A DNA stretch of 64,000 nucleotides from Eubacteriales bacterium (lineage in GTDB: Bacteria; Bacillota; Clostridia; Oscillospirales; CAG-272): contig JAZORD010000010.1 in the NCBI GenBank assembly GCA_045656445.1, positions 17,357-81,356 on the forward strand. The letters run 5' to 3'. Shown here one piece after another: positions 1-8,956 of this stretch. Below the pieces are notes generated by a model. The model ran no database searches, was not told the origin of the DNA, and worked only from the letters and a program-made list of their open reading frames with translations. Every line of letters begins with the position of its first letter. Positions within the stretch are counted from its first letter, which is position 1. The position numbers and the translations under genes were made by a program.

Positions 1-1
1 A

Positions 2-73
2 CATCTCGGTGATTCTCTGATGAAGCTCTGCTACGAGCTTAAAACTGAAGCCGGGAAGGAAAAGAAAAAATGA
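2..73 (+). CDS. 3' end of an upstream CDS (partial, product unknown)
   Basis: The frame is open from the window edge (...HLGDSLMKLCYELKTEAGKEKKK*). Its TGA (71-73) overlaps the ATG (70-72) of the next gene as ATGA. 23 aa is too short for domain recognition. Confidence 0.3.
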   Translation, partial: HLGDSLMKLCYELKTEAGKEKKK

Positions 74-1041
74 CACAATATAAAATCCTACCGCTAAGAG
101 TTACGGATAAGGAAGCCTTTTTAGAGGCGTCCGCTGATGAGCTGCGTGTCCTTATAGCGCTTATTGAGCTTGACGGAATGGTGGAAAAAACCGAAGCTCT
201 TTCAAAACTTGCAAAAATCTCTAAGGCGCGCGCCAGCTCGGCTCTCGTTTTTTGGCAGGAGGCGGGAGTTATACGCAACGCCGAGATAGCGCCAACTATT
301 ACCGAAGAGTTTGAAGAGCGTATAAGGTCCGGCGAAATACTCGAATCGGATTCAAAATCCGTTGCCCAAAGTATAAGAAGCGCGTCCCTCTCAGGTATGA
401 TAGCTGAATGCGCCTCGCTTATGAATCGCGCCGCTCTCAACACCTCCGAGGTAAAATCCATAACAGCGCTTTACGAGCAATACTCACTTTCAGAGGAATA
501 CATAGTAACGCTCGCAGCCTATCTTGCCGAGAACGGAAGACTGACGGTTACAAGGCTTGTCAACAAGGCGATAAAGCTCTCCGAACGCGAAATAGATACG
601 ACAAGAGCCCTTGAGGAATACATAGTTGAAAGGGAGAGCGAAAGCGAGGCTGAAAGAGAGTTTCGCAAGCTGTTTGGAATATACGGAAGGGCGCCGTCAA
701 AGACCGAAAAGGAGTGCTTCAAAAAATGGAGCAAGGACTACGGATATTTCACCGATATAGTAGGCGAGGCTTACGATATAGCCGTCACTTCTGCTACGCG
801 CGGACACTTAAAATACGCAGACAAGCTTCTTACAAGATGGTATGAATCGGGCTGCCGCACTCTTTCTGAATGCAAGGCGCGCTACGAGGCAGACGAGGCA
901 GAGAAGAAGGATAAAAAAACCGCACAATCCGTCACAAAAAACGGCACACCAAAAAGGCAGGAGCAAAAGCGCTACGGAAATTTCGACCCCAAGGAAGCAT
1001 TTTTGAAGGCGCTTGAGCGAAGCTACGGAAAAAAACAATAG
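70..1041 (+). CDS. DnaD-domain replication initiation protein (Firmicute DnaB/DnaD family)
   Basis: 323-aa ORF with a purine-rich RBS. The C-terminal block FKKWSKDYGYF...LKYADKLLTRWYESG is typical of DnaD/DnaB-type repeat domains. It lies directly upstream of a DnaI-type loader, as in dnaB-dnaI operons. Confidence 0.7.
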   Translation: MTQYKILPLRVTDKEAFLEASADELRVLIALIELDGMVEKTEALSKLAKISKARASSALVFWQEAGVIRNAEIAPTITEEFEERIRSGEILESDSKSVAQSIRSASLSGMIAECASLMNRAALNTSEVKSITALYEQYSLSEEYIVTLAAYLAENGRLTVTRLVNKAIKLSEREIDTTRALEEYIVERESESEAEREFRKLFGIYGRAPSKTEKECFKKWSKDYGYFTDIVGEAYDIAVTSATRGHLKYADKLLTRWYESGCRTLSECKARYEADEAEKKDKKTAQSVTKNGTPKRQEQKRYGNFDPKEAFLKALERSYGKKQ

Positions 1042-1051
1042 GAGATTTATT

Positions 1052-1996
1052 ATGTACGCTTATGAAAATTACCGTAAGGTTAAGGATGCAATAGAGGCGC
1101 GCAGAATAAAGGCAATAGCAGATGCGGATGCCCGGAATATGGAGGTTGCGGCCCTGTCTGACGATATACGCGTAATAGACGCCGAGATGCGCGGAGTGGG
1201 GCTTTTGCTGTTCAAAACGGCTTGCGAGAGCAAAGATATAAATGAAATCCGCAAAAGAAATCTTTTCCTCGGAGAACAGCGCCGCGCGGCTCTTATAAAG
1301 CTTGGACTCCCTGAAGATTATACAGAGGTGAAATATGCCTGCCCTCTATGCTCCGACTCGGGATTCGTTGAAACGAGAATGTGCAAGTGCTTCAGAGAAA
1401 TGCTTATAACCGAGAATATAAAGTCTTCGGGAATGGGCAGTCTTATTGAAAGGCAAAGCTTCGATAATTTCGACCTTAATTTTTATAAGAACAATAAAGA
1501 TGAATACGAGAGAATGAAAAGCAACCTTGAGGATGCAAGGCGCTTTGCCGAGCAGTTTGGAAAAGGTGTTAAAACGCTTATGCTTATGGGCCCGACAGGC
1601 ACAGGCAAAACGCATATTTCAACCGCCATTGCAAAAACCGTTATAGAAAAAGGATATGAGGTGCTGTACGACAGCGCTCAGAATATAGTTTCAGCTTTTG
1701 AAGCCGATAGATTCAAAAGCGGATACGGTCCGTATGAGCCCAAGGCAGATAAGTATCTCGAATGCGACCTTCTGATAATTGATGACCTTGGAACTGAGTT
1801 TACAAACCAATTTACCGTATCCTGCTTATATAATCTTATAAACACCCGTCAGAACAAGGGCATTTCCACCCTAATATCAACGAATCTTGATTATAACGAG
1901 CTTACAGCAAAATATCAGGACAGAATTTTTTCCAGACTCGTGGGGTGCGATTCAAAGGTTTTGCTCTTTGTTGGAGCCGACCGGCGTTTGAATTAG
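1052..1996 (+). CDS. dnaI: Primosomal helicase loader DnaI/DnaC-type AAA+ ATPase
   Basis: Start moved to ATG 1052, with GGAG 8 nt upstream. Motifs: N-terminal Zn-binding CPLCSDSG...CKC, Walker A GPTGTGKTH, Walker B LLIIDDLG. Confidence 0.82.
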   Translation: MYAYENYRKVKDAIEARRIKAIADADARNMEVAALSDDIRVIDAEMRGVGLLLFKTACESKDINEIRKRNLFLGEQRRAALIKLGLPEDYTEVKYACPLCSDSGFVETRMCKCFREMLITENIKSSGMGSLIERQSFDNFDLNFYKNNKDEYERMKSNLEDARRFAEQFGKGVKTLMLMGPTGTGKTHISTAIAKTVIEKGYEVLYDSAQNIVSAFEADRFKSGYGPYEPKADKYLECDLLIIDDLGTEFTNQFTVSCLYNLINTRQNKGISTLISTNLDYNELTAKYQDRIFSRLVGCDSKVLLFVGADRRLN

Positions 1997-2038
1997 AATT
2001 AAATAAAATCTCTTAATAAGCATATAATACTATAAAAA

Positions 2039-2070
2039 GCGGCTTGCATTTCGGCAAGCCGCTTAAATTT
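2039..2070. terminator. Bidirectional intrinsic terminator between convergent genes
   Basis: 9-bp GC-rich stem GCGGCTTGC / GCAAGCCGC (2039-2047 / 2054-2062), flanked by an A-run upstream and a T-rich tail downstream. Confidence 0.75.
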
Positions 2071-2084
2071 ATGATTTTAATTAA

Positions 2085-3914
2085 TCACGAAGGAGTCGTT
2101 TCGTATTCTCTTAATAGAGTCTGAAGCTCTCCTTGCTTCATATCCCTGAGTTCGGCGTAAGAATTATATATCTGCTCTCCGTACGCATAATTTTTGCTGG
2201 AAAGGAATGCGTGCCAAAGCACTTTGTCGATACCTGCCGCAGCGTGATCATCCTCAAAACGGAAACTAAGAGCATCCTCGAAGGTCTTATCGAATGCGGA
2301 ACGAACGTTCGAACGAATGTACTGAAGCATCTCTACCGTACCCTTGGAGGAACCGTCAACAACCGTATACTGTAGATTGAAGTCATAGTACTCATTGAGT
2401 ATTTCCGTAGAATGTGTAGACTGGTAGTTAAGGAATGCCGTACACTCAGCAAACTTTGCGGTGTTAGCCGCGATAGCGCCTGAACGTCCTATACTGTGTA
2501 TCGTCGTCAGATAGTTTTCGGGGTCGTCTTCTGCAACCTCGTGGTAAAGCGGAACCGGAACGACACCGAATCCGTCAACACCCTTGAGCTTCTGGTATTC
2601 ATCGTACTCAAGAGCACCTATAAGCATTATATCGCCGAAGAGAACCTTGCTCTCGCAAAATCTCTTACGAATAGCCGTAAGGTGTTTATTACCATGAGCA
2701 GTAAGCTCAGCCTGAGAAGACGCTACGTAAACGCCGGGGGATTCAACGAGAGTCTTTATACTTTTGAAGAGCTCGGTGAGCTGCGGACTTTCCGCAGGAT
2801 ATTCATAAACATACTTGCCATCGTCACCAAGAGTTTTGTTGATAACGACTATACTTGTCGAATAAAGCACACCGCTAGCTGCAAGACCGCCCGCGGAGAT
2901 TGCAAGACCAAGCCTATCGTTGATGCTCGTAGCACCCGTACTTCCTCCGCCGGACTCATAAATCGCATCACTGTACTCTGCAACCTTTGTGTAAGTCCAT
3001 TTCTTGTCCTTGACCTCAAGATAGAAGTCCTCGATAGTGAACTCGCCGTCGCCGTCAAGGTCAGTCGTTATATCCTCACCAACAGACTCAAGGAGCGCCT
3101 TGTTAACGGGGATGATAAAGAACGCGCGAATGAGGTCTGTAAAATAGTCAGAAGCAAGCACGTACATCTTATCAGGGTTAAGAGTTGTCGAGCACATATA
3201 GTCGTACATGTATCCCTTGTTATCCACAAGCTCGTCGTAATCCTCATCAAGGAAGGAGAAGAAGTTAGCTCCACCGTAGTTGTGAAGAGTAGATCTGAGG
3301 TTTGAAAATGCTCCCTTGATAGATGCTGCTACTATATCGTGTGTAAAGTTGCAGTACATATCCGGAACTGTTCCGACAGCGCCGGAAACCGCATTCGAAT
3401 ACATTAATTCAATAGTCTGTTTGTGTCCATAGTTTCCCACGTCATCCCAGTACTGATATCTTACAGCGACATTGGTGGATTCAAGCGCCTTGGTATTTCT
3501 CTCAAGCACCATCGCGTCAATAGCCTGGTCCTTGGGTCCGTATTCTGCAAGATCTGAAGCATTATTAATGTCTGCACCGCCGGCAAGATATCTTCCGCAT
3601 CCGGATGGAAGCTCCTTAGAGTTAGAGTTGTGAGTCATTTGGAAAATGAGTGTAACCGGCTCGCTGTCTGCCCAAGGATAAGAAATGACTTCCTCTTCCT
3701 CATTATTATTCATAACCCTTTGGCATCCGTCGCACTTGCCGTCTTCATTCTCGTCCTTGTGCTTATGAAGACCCGTTACAGACTCATCACAAAAGTCACA
3801 TTTTCTGTCGTTGTTTTCATCAACGTGCTCGCATTCCCCGCAAGAAGCAAAGACAGCGCACATACCGACAAGCATGATAACCGCAAGAATCAAGCATAGA
3901 ATTCTTTTTTTCAT
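2085..3914 (-). CDS. Large lipoprotein, extracellular solute-binding-protein-like (orphan, no adjacent permease genes)
   Basis: Signal peptide plus lipobox (MKKRILCLILAVIMLVGMCAVFAS|C) and a strong RBS (AAAGGAGA). The size and aromatic/acidic composition resemble large family-1 SBP lipoproteins. There is a duplicated Cys-rich motif after the lipobox and an EF-hand-like loop, DLDGDGEFTIED. Confidence 0.45.
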   Translation of the reverse strand: MKKRILCLILAVIMLVGMCAVFASCGECEHVDENNDRKCDFCDESVTGLHKHKDENEDGKCDGCQRVMNNNEEEEVISYPWADSEPVTLIFQMTHNSNSKELPSGCGRYLAGGADINNASDLAEYGPKDQAIDAMVLERNTKALESTNVAVRYQYWDDVGNYGHKQTIELMYSNAVSGAVGTVPDMYCNFTHDIVAASIKGAFSNLRSTLHNYGGANFFSFLDEDYDELVDNKGYMYDYMCSTTLNPDKMYVLASDYFTDLIRAFFIIPVNKALLESVGEDITTDLDGDGEFTIEDFYLEVKDKKWTYTKVAEYSDAIYESGGGSTGATSINDRLGLAISAGGLAASGVLYSTSIVVINKTLGDDGKYVYEYPAESPQLTELFKSIKTLVESPGVYVASSQAELTAHGNKHLTAIRKRFCESKVLFGDIMLIGALEYDEYQKLKGVDGFGVVPVPLYHEVAEDDPENYLTTIHSIGRSGAIAANTAKFAECTAFLNYQSTHSTEILNEYYDFNLQYTVVDGSSKGTVEMLQYIRSNVRSAFDKTFEDALSFRFEDDHAAAGIDKVLWHAFLSSKNYAYGEQIYNSYAELRDMKQGELQTLLREYETTPS

Positions 3915-4096
3915 GTTTTTCTCCTTTTTAAATTTTTACCGTAATTGTGTGATCCCGTAAGCGCGATTTAATCGGGATCAAAAGCTTTGCGTTACCCTTC
4001 TGTGCAGCGCTCGCCTCTCGCCAAGGCGAGCCGGGGGGTACACTGCAAACATTTCGCTATAGTGAAAAGCATAATCACTCCACTTTATCGTGATTT

Positions 4097-4125
4097 ATCA
4101 TAACACAAATTTCAAAACAAGTCAA
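4097..4125 (-). promoter_or_regulatory. Sigma-A promoter for the 2085-3914 lipoprotein gene
   Basis: On the minus strand: TTGACT, a 17-nt spacer, then TATGAT preceded by TGt (extended -10). This predicts a leader of about 175 nt. Confidence 0.6.
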
Positions 4126-4404
4126 GATAATTAGATAATACCGACTAACTTTCTACTTTTTAAACAATATATTTATTAATAATTTGTATATTGTGACCAT
4201 TGTATATTGCCTCTCTATATCTTCTCAGCTTTGGAAATGACATCGTCAGGAAGAAAATCAGGAAGCCATCAGACATAAATTCGCGCTCACCCAAAAAGCA
4301 ACCGGAAAAGAGGTATTGCTTTTTCAAAGAATTTGTTGTATACTTGTCTTGCGTATAAAACGCAATCCCGTCATTATTTTAACGGCTCTCAAAGGAGTAA
4401 AAAA

Positions 4405-5220
4405 ATGCTTCAAAATCTTCACACGCACACCGCCTTCTGCGACGGTAAAGATACGCCGGAGGAAATTATAAAGCTCGCTATTTCAAGGGGCTTCGATTCC
4501 TTGGGCTTTTCCTCTCACGCGCCGACTGTGTTGAATGACGACTGTGAGATTTCGGACCTTGCCGGCTATATTTCGAGCATTCGTGAATTAAAGAAGCGTT
4601 ATTCTGATAAAATCAAGCTATTTGTCGGCATTGAGCTTGACTGCTACTCAAACGGGCTCGTTAATCCTTCGGATTTTGATTACAGCATAAGCTCCGCGCA
4701 TTATTCAATCCTAAAAAACGGCAGAGTAATAAGCTACGACTACTCAGCAGAAAGGACAAAAAGACATATCGACGAGGATTTTTTAGGTGACGGCTTAGCC
4801 TATGCGCGCTCCTACTATGAATCCGTTTCCGCGCTTGAGCCAAAAACCGAATTCAGCTTTGTCGGTCATTTTGATTTAGTTTCAAAATTTTCGGATATAC
4901 ACCCCGATTTTTTTGACACGGAGTCCCCTTTATACCGCTCTTATGCACTGGAGGCGCTAAACGCGCTGTCCAAAAAATTTGACTTTTTTGAGCTAAATAC
5001 CGGCGCTGTTGCAAGAGCTCTTAAGCACACCCCCTACCCCGCACCGTTCATCCTTGAACAAATACGGGCACTTGGTGCTAAGCTTATACTCACATCCGAC
5101 TGTCACGAAAAGGAATTTCTTGATTCGAATTTCAAACAAGCGCGCGAATACGCTCGCTCACACGGCTTCGGTGAGATTTATTTTCTTACCGACACCGGAT
5201 TTGTCGGAGAAAAGATATAA
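4405..5220 (+). CDS. PHP-family histidinol-phosphatase-like hydrolase (HisJ/HisK family)
   Basis: Start moved to ATG 4405, behind AAAGGAG. N-terminal LHTHTAFCDG metal-binding motif and later PHP His/Asp motifs (GFSSHAP, VGHFD, TSDCH). Confidence 0.8.
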   Translation: MLQNLHTHTAFCDGKDTPEEIIKLAISRGFDSLGFSSHAPTVLNDDCEISDLAGYISSIRELKKRYSDKIKLFVGIELDCYSNGLVNPSDFDYSISSAHYSILKNGRVISYDYSAERTKRHIDEDFLGDGLAYARSYYESVSALEPKTEFSFVGHFDLVSKFSDIHPDFFDTESPLYRSYALEALNALSKKFDFFELNTGAVARALKHTPYPAPFILEQIRALGAKLILTSDCHEKEFLDSNFKQAREYARSHGFGEIYFLTDTGFVGEKI

Positions 5221-5231
5221 ACAAAAAACGT

Positions 5232-5273
5232 GCCGAAGGCATATAGCGGTATCGCAATGCCTTCGGCTTTTTT
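5232..5273. terminator. Bidirectional intrinsic terminator
   Basis: 11-bp stem GCCGAAGGCAT / ATGCCTTCGGC followed by TTTTTT, with an A-run on the other side. It sits between convergent genes. Confidence 0.8.
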
Positions 5274-5281
5274 ATAAAAAG

Positions 5282-6220
5282 TCAAACAGAACCTGTCTTT
5301 TCTCTTCGATAATTAATAAGTATTATACCTGTGCAAACCAGGATGAGAGTAAGTATAAGATTAACGTAGGAAACATTACTGTCCTCAGTCAGAATAAGCT
5401 CGGAAAGTAATACTCCGAACACAGGTGTCATAAAGCTGTATACCGTAACCTTTGACACTGGATTGTGCTTTAGAAGTATTCCCCACAGTGAATATGCAAC
5501 AGCAGAAAGCACCGCAAGATATATAATCACACCCAGGGCAGCAAAAGAATCAAACCTCACTTTTCCGCCAAATGCGAATCCTATACCTATCATAACAAGC
5601 CCCCCGGCAATAAACTGATACCCGCTTATTACTACCGGATCTTCGTGCTTTGAAAACTTTTTAGTAAGCGCTGAGGACGCCGCAGAGGCTATAGCTGAAA
5701 ATAGAACGAAAGCGTCGCCAAAAAAATTCATATTAAAGTCAAGACCGTTTAGGTTTACAATTATAATTCCCGAAAATCCCAAAATACAGGCTATTATTTT
5801 TTTAAGTGTCAGTTTCTCTTGCTTTAGTATAAGCGCAGATATCAAAAGAGCAAAAAAAGCGGTCGAGCCGCTGAGCACGGTTCCCTTCACGCCGCTGGTA
5901 TTTGCAAGACCTACATAGAAAAATATGTACTGCAGCACCGTCTGAAAAAGACAAACCAAAGTTATCCTACCGAAATTTTCCGGTTTTGGAATAAGCAGTT
6001 TGCGTCTTGCGATGCTGTATATTAACACGGTTATAAAGCCTGCTAACAAAAATCTTATGCCAGCAAAAAGAATTGTTGATGCAGTATCCTTTTCGGGAAG
6101 AATAAGCTCATACCCCATTTTTATAAACGGTGTCGCACTTCCCCACAGAGCACAGCACAGCAAGGCAAAGCAGGCAACGACTAGGGGGCTGACAAAAAAG
6201 GTGTTAATTTTGTTTTCCAT
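5282..6220 (-). CDS. EamA/DMT-superfamily transporter
   Basis: 312 aa with about ten predicted TM helices arranged as two EamA-like halves. AAGGA RBS. Confidence 0.8.
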   Translation of the reverse strand: MENKINTFFVSPLVVACFALLCCALWGSATPFIKMGYELILPEKDTASTILFAGIRFLLAGFITVLIYSIARRKLLIPKPENFGRITLVCLFQTVLQYIFFYVGLANTSGVKGTVLSGSTAFFALLISALILKQEKLTLKKIIACILGFSGIIIVNLNGLDFNMNFFGDAFVLFSAIASAASSALTKKFSKHEDPVVISGYQFIAGGLVMIGIGFAFGGKVRFDSFAALGVIIYLAVLSAVAYSLWGILLKHNPVSKVTVYSFMTPVFGVLLSELILTEDSNVSYVNLILTLILVCTGIILINYRREKTGSV

Positions 6221-6282
6221 AAAAAATCCTTATCTGTTTTTCCGTAAGATTCTACCATAATTTTTAAAAAATATCAAGTCTC

Positions 6283-6311
6283 TTGACATAAAAAGTTTTA
6301 TATGATAAAAT
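6283..6311 (+). promoter_or_regulatory. Sigma-A promoter (extended -10)
   Basis: TTGACA (6283-6288), a 17-nt spacer, then TGaTAAAAT (-10 at 6306-6311). Confidence 0.6.
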
Positions 6312-6358
6312 GATAGGTGAAATTTATGCATTTTGTCGATTTCGGCAGAAAGGGTTTT

Positions 6359-7069
6359 ATGAAGGTTTTAATAATAATCCCCGCCTATAACGAGCAGGAT
6401 AATATAGAACGCGTTGTGGACAACCTTATCGAGAATTATCCCGAGTACGATTATCTGGTTGTAAACGACTGTTCCAAGGATGAAACTGAAACCATACTGA
6501 AAAGCCGGGGGTATCGTTATATTTCATTACCGACCAACCTTGGAATAGGAGGGGCAGTTCAAAGCGGTTATCTTTACGCGGTGCAAAACGACTATGACAT
6601 AGCTATACAAATTGACGGCGACGGGCAGCACAACCCTGCTTACATTGAAAAACTGATTGAGCCTATTATAAACGGCGAAGCTGATATGACTATCGGCTCA
6701 CGTTTTATTGATAAAGAGGGATTCCAAACTTCTTTTCTACGCAGACTTGGTATAAACATAATCCGCGTAATTATAAAGCTTTGCTGCGGAACGAAGGCAA
6801 CTGACACGACGAGCGGATTCCGCGCGACCTCTAAGGAGCTTACAAAATTTTTCTCTACGGAATATGCTCAGGACTATCCCGAGCCCGAGGCTATCGTTGC
6901 CGCATCCCTTAACGGATATCGAGTAAAGGACGTTGCCGTCAAAATGAGCGAACGAGAAGGTGGCGTTTCTTCAATCAATACCGTGCGTTCCCTTTATTAT
7001 ATGCTTAAGGTGTCGCTCGCTCTTATAATATTGCGAATCGGAAAAAGAAGAAAGAAGGTGAAGAAATAA
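6359..7069 (+). CDS. Family-2 glycosyltransferase, polyprenyl-phosphate glycosyltransferase type (GtrB/DPM1-like)
   Basis: Start set at MKVLIIIPAYNE (6359). Motifs: DD/DxD (VVNDCSKD, QIDGDGQH) and a C-terminal TM helix (LYYMLKVSLALIILRI). Confidence 0.85.
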   Translation: MKVLIIIPAYNEQDNIERVVDNLIENYPEYDYLVVNDCSKDETETILKSRGYRYISLPTNLGIGGAVQSGYLYAVQNDYDIAIQIDGDGQHNPAYIEKLIEPIINGEADMTIGSRFIDKEGFQTSFLRRLGINIIRVIIKLCCGTKATDTTSGFRATSKELTKFFSTEYAQDYPEPEAIVAASLNGYRVKDVAVKMSEREGGVSSINTVRSLYYMLKVSLALIILRIGKRRKKVKK

Positions 7070-7446
7070 TGGATTTAAAGCTTCAGATATTCTTTATTTG
7101 CTTTGCGCTCTTTTTCCTCTTTATAATTCTTTACTATCTTGTACGCAAAAAGCTTAATCTAAGATACACGCTTGTGTGGCTTATCACGGTTACGGTGCTT
7201 TTGGTTTTGGCTATCTTCCCTGTAATTGTTGAAAAGGTCGGCAGCTTAATCGGCATTGTTTCTCCCGTAAACACAGTCTTTTTGTTCTCAACGCTGTTTA
7301 TGTTGATAATAATTTTGACCTTAACAGGCATTGTCTCGCATATGAATACAAGAGTTTATAAGTTGACACAAACCCAAGCTCTTCTTGAAAAAAGAGTCAG
7401 AGAGCTTGAGTCCCGAGAATCCCAAGAAAAAAACAAAGCTGAGTAA
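7069..7446 (+). CDS. Small membrane protein, DUF2304-like
   Basis: 125 aa with three to four TM helices and a C-terminal coiled-coil tail. Its ATG overlaps the GT2 stop by 1 nt (TAATG). The family name comes from the recalled GT2-DUF2304 pairing and the LRYTLVWL motif, and is not verified. Confidence 0.5.
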   Translation: MDLKLQIFFICFALFFLFIILYYLVRKKLNLRYTLVWLITVTVLLVLAIFPVIVEKVGSLIGIVSPVNTVFLFSTLFMLIIILTLTGIVSHMNTRVYKLTQTQALLEKRVRELESRESQEKNKAE

Positions 7447-7450
7447 TAAA

Positions 7451-7480
7451 ATCGACACGGATATGACCGTGTCGATTTTT
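7451..7480 (+). terminator. Intrinsic terminator
   Basis: 10-bp stem ATCGACACGG / CCGTGTCGAT with a 6-nt loop and a TTTTT tail. Confidence 0.85.
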
Positions 7481-7521
7481 AAGGCGTATAGATATACAAA
7501 TTTTAAAGGTCTTAGAATTTA

Positions 7522-8898
7522 ATGGAAAACATAGCAACTGAAAACAAAATGGGGTGGATGAAAATCCCCCGCCTTCTCTTTTCAATATCCGTTCCAATCA
7601 TTATTTCAATGCTTGTTCAGGCTCTTTACAACATCGTTGACTCCATATTCGTTGCTCAATACGACAACGTGGCAGGTACGGGAGCGCTGACGCTTGCATT
7701 TCCGATACAGAACCTGATGATAGCTCTCTCGGTTGGACTTGCGGTTGGAACAAACGCCATACTTTCCCGCTCACTAGGTCAGAAAAACAGCGAGAAAGCG
7801 AATCTTGTCGCAGGTCAAGGCTTTTTCCTTACTCTTTGCGGCTATCTTTTGTTCCTTCTTTTTGGTCTTTTTCTTACCGAGCCATTTGTGGCTCTCCAAA
7901 AGGAAGCCGGCACCGACGTATATAAATACAGCATCGAATATATCTCAATAATATCCGTCGGCTCAATAGGAGTATTTATACAGGTTATAACCGAGCGGCT
8001 GCTTCAAGCTACCGGAAAATCAATTTACAGTATGATAATTCAGCTTTCCGGAGCCGTAATCAACATAATACTCGACCCTATTTTGATTTTCGGTCTACTA
8101 GGACTTCCAAGAATGGGCGTTGCCGGCGCGGCAATAGCTACGGTAATCGGACAGCTCGTAGCGGCAATAATAGGTATATTCCTCAATTTGAAATTTAATC
8201 CCGAAATTAAAATACGGTTAAAAAATTTCATTCCTAAACCAAAGGTTCTTAAAGAAATGTTATCAATAGGCATCCCGTCTGTATTGATGCAAGCAATAGG
8301 CTCTGTTATGACCTTTTCGATGAATAACATCCTCGGCAAATTCAGTCAGGAGGCTGAAAACGTCTTCGGTATATATTTCAAGCTGCAAAGCTTCATTTTT
8401 ATGCCGGTCTTCGGTCTTAATAACGGAATGGTTCCTATTATATCTTATAATTACGGAGCGCAAAAGAAAGAGCGTATATACGCTACGATGAAGCTCGCCG
8501 CCATAACGGCAGTTTCTTATATGCTCCTTGGTCTTCTCGCCTTTCAACTCTTCCCGGGCACGCTTCTCGGTATGTTCAATGCCTCGGAGAAGATGTTAGC
8601 AATAGGAAAAACCGCACTCAGAACAATCAGCCTGAGTTTCGTTATGGCGGGCATATCAATAGTCAGTATTTCTACCTGCCAAGCTCTCGGAAAAAGCATT
8701 TACAGTCTGATAGTCAGCATTGCAAGACAGCTGGTTGTGCTTATTCCCACAGCATTTTTGCTCTCACTTTCAGGCGAGGTAAACCTCGTATGGATGGCTT
8801 TTCCGATTGCCGAGGTAGTAGGATGTACACTGTGCGTGATTTTCGTAACACGGGTATTAAAAAGAGCCTTTTCTGAAAAGAAAACGAGCGAAGTCTAA
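7522..8898 (+). CDS. MATE-family efflux transporter
   Basis: 458 aa with 12 TM helices. The N-terminal ENKMG...LLFSISVPIIISMLVQALYNIVDSIFV is characteristic of MATE (NorM/DinF-like) proteins. Confidence 0.88.
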   Translation: MENIATENKMGWMKIPRLLFSISVPIIISMLVQALYNIVDSIFVAQYDNVAGTGALTLAFPIQNLMIALSVGLAVGTNAILSRSLGQKNSEKANLVAGQGFFLTLCGYLLFLLFGLFLTEPFVALQKEAGTDVYKYSIEYISIISVGSIGVFIQVITERLLQATGKSIYSMIIQLSGAVINIILDPILIFGLLGLPRMGVAGAAIATVIGQLVAAIIGIFLNLKFNPEIKIRLKNFIPKPKVLKEMLSIGIPSVLMQAIGSVMTFSMNNILGKFSQEAENVFGIYFKLQSFIFMPVFGLNNGMVPIISYNYGAQKKERIYATMKLAAITAVSYMLLGLLAFQLFPGTLLGMFNASEKMLAIGKTALRTISLSFVMAGISIVSISTCQALGKSIYSLIVSIARQLVVLIPTAFLLSLSGEVNLVWMAFPIAEVVGCTLCVIFVTRVLKRAFSEKKTSEV

Positions 8899-8918
8899 AA
8901 ACTAAATCTATATAAGAA

Positions 8919-8950
8919 CCGCCTCGGTTGCCCGAGGCGGGTCTCTTTAT
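8919..8950. terminator. Bidirectional intrinsic terminator between convergent genes
   Basis: Stem CCGCCTCGG / CCGAGGCGG with loop TTGC and T-rich flanks on both strands. Confidence 0.75.
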
Positions 8951-8956
8951 TTAAGA

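Noticed and set aside
70-1996. The DnaD-domain protein plus DnaC/IstB-like ATPase could be a prophage or plasmid replication module.
   Set aside because: No phage, integrase or transposase genes lie nearby. The loader has the DnaI-type N-terminal Zn-binding Cys cluster, and the pair matches the chromosomal dnaB-dnaI arrangement of Firmicutes. The left flank is outside the window, so this is not fully excluded.
2496-3305. 269-aa plus-strand ORF antisense to the SBP-like lipoprotein gene.
   Set aside because: It is a shadow ORF with no RBS and a low-complexity translation. The opposite strand has a signal peptide plus a strong RBS.
3961-4000. On the minus strand, the ...GCACAGAAGGGUAACGCAAAGC... 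segment resembles the ACGCAAAGC/GCACAGGGCAAACC elements of the c-di-GMP-I (GEMM-I) riboswitch.
   Set aside because: The two conserved segments are adjacent, with no P1 hairpin between them, and I could not place a tetraloop or receptor arrangement. The resemblance is probably coincidental. The region is kept only as an unclassified structured leader.
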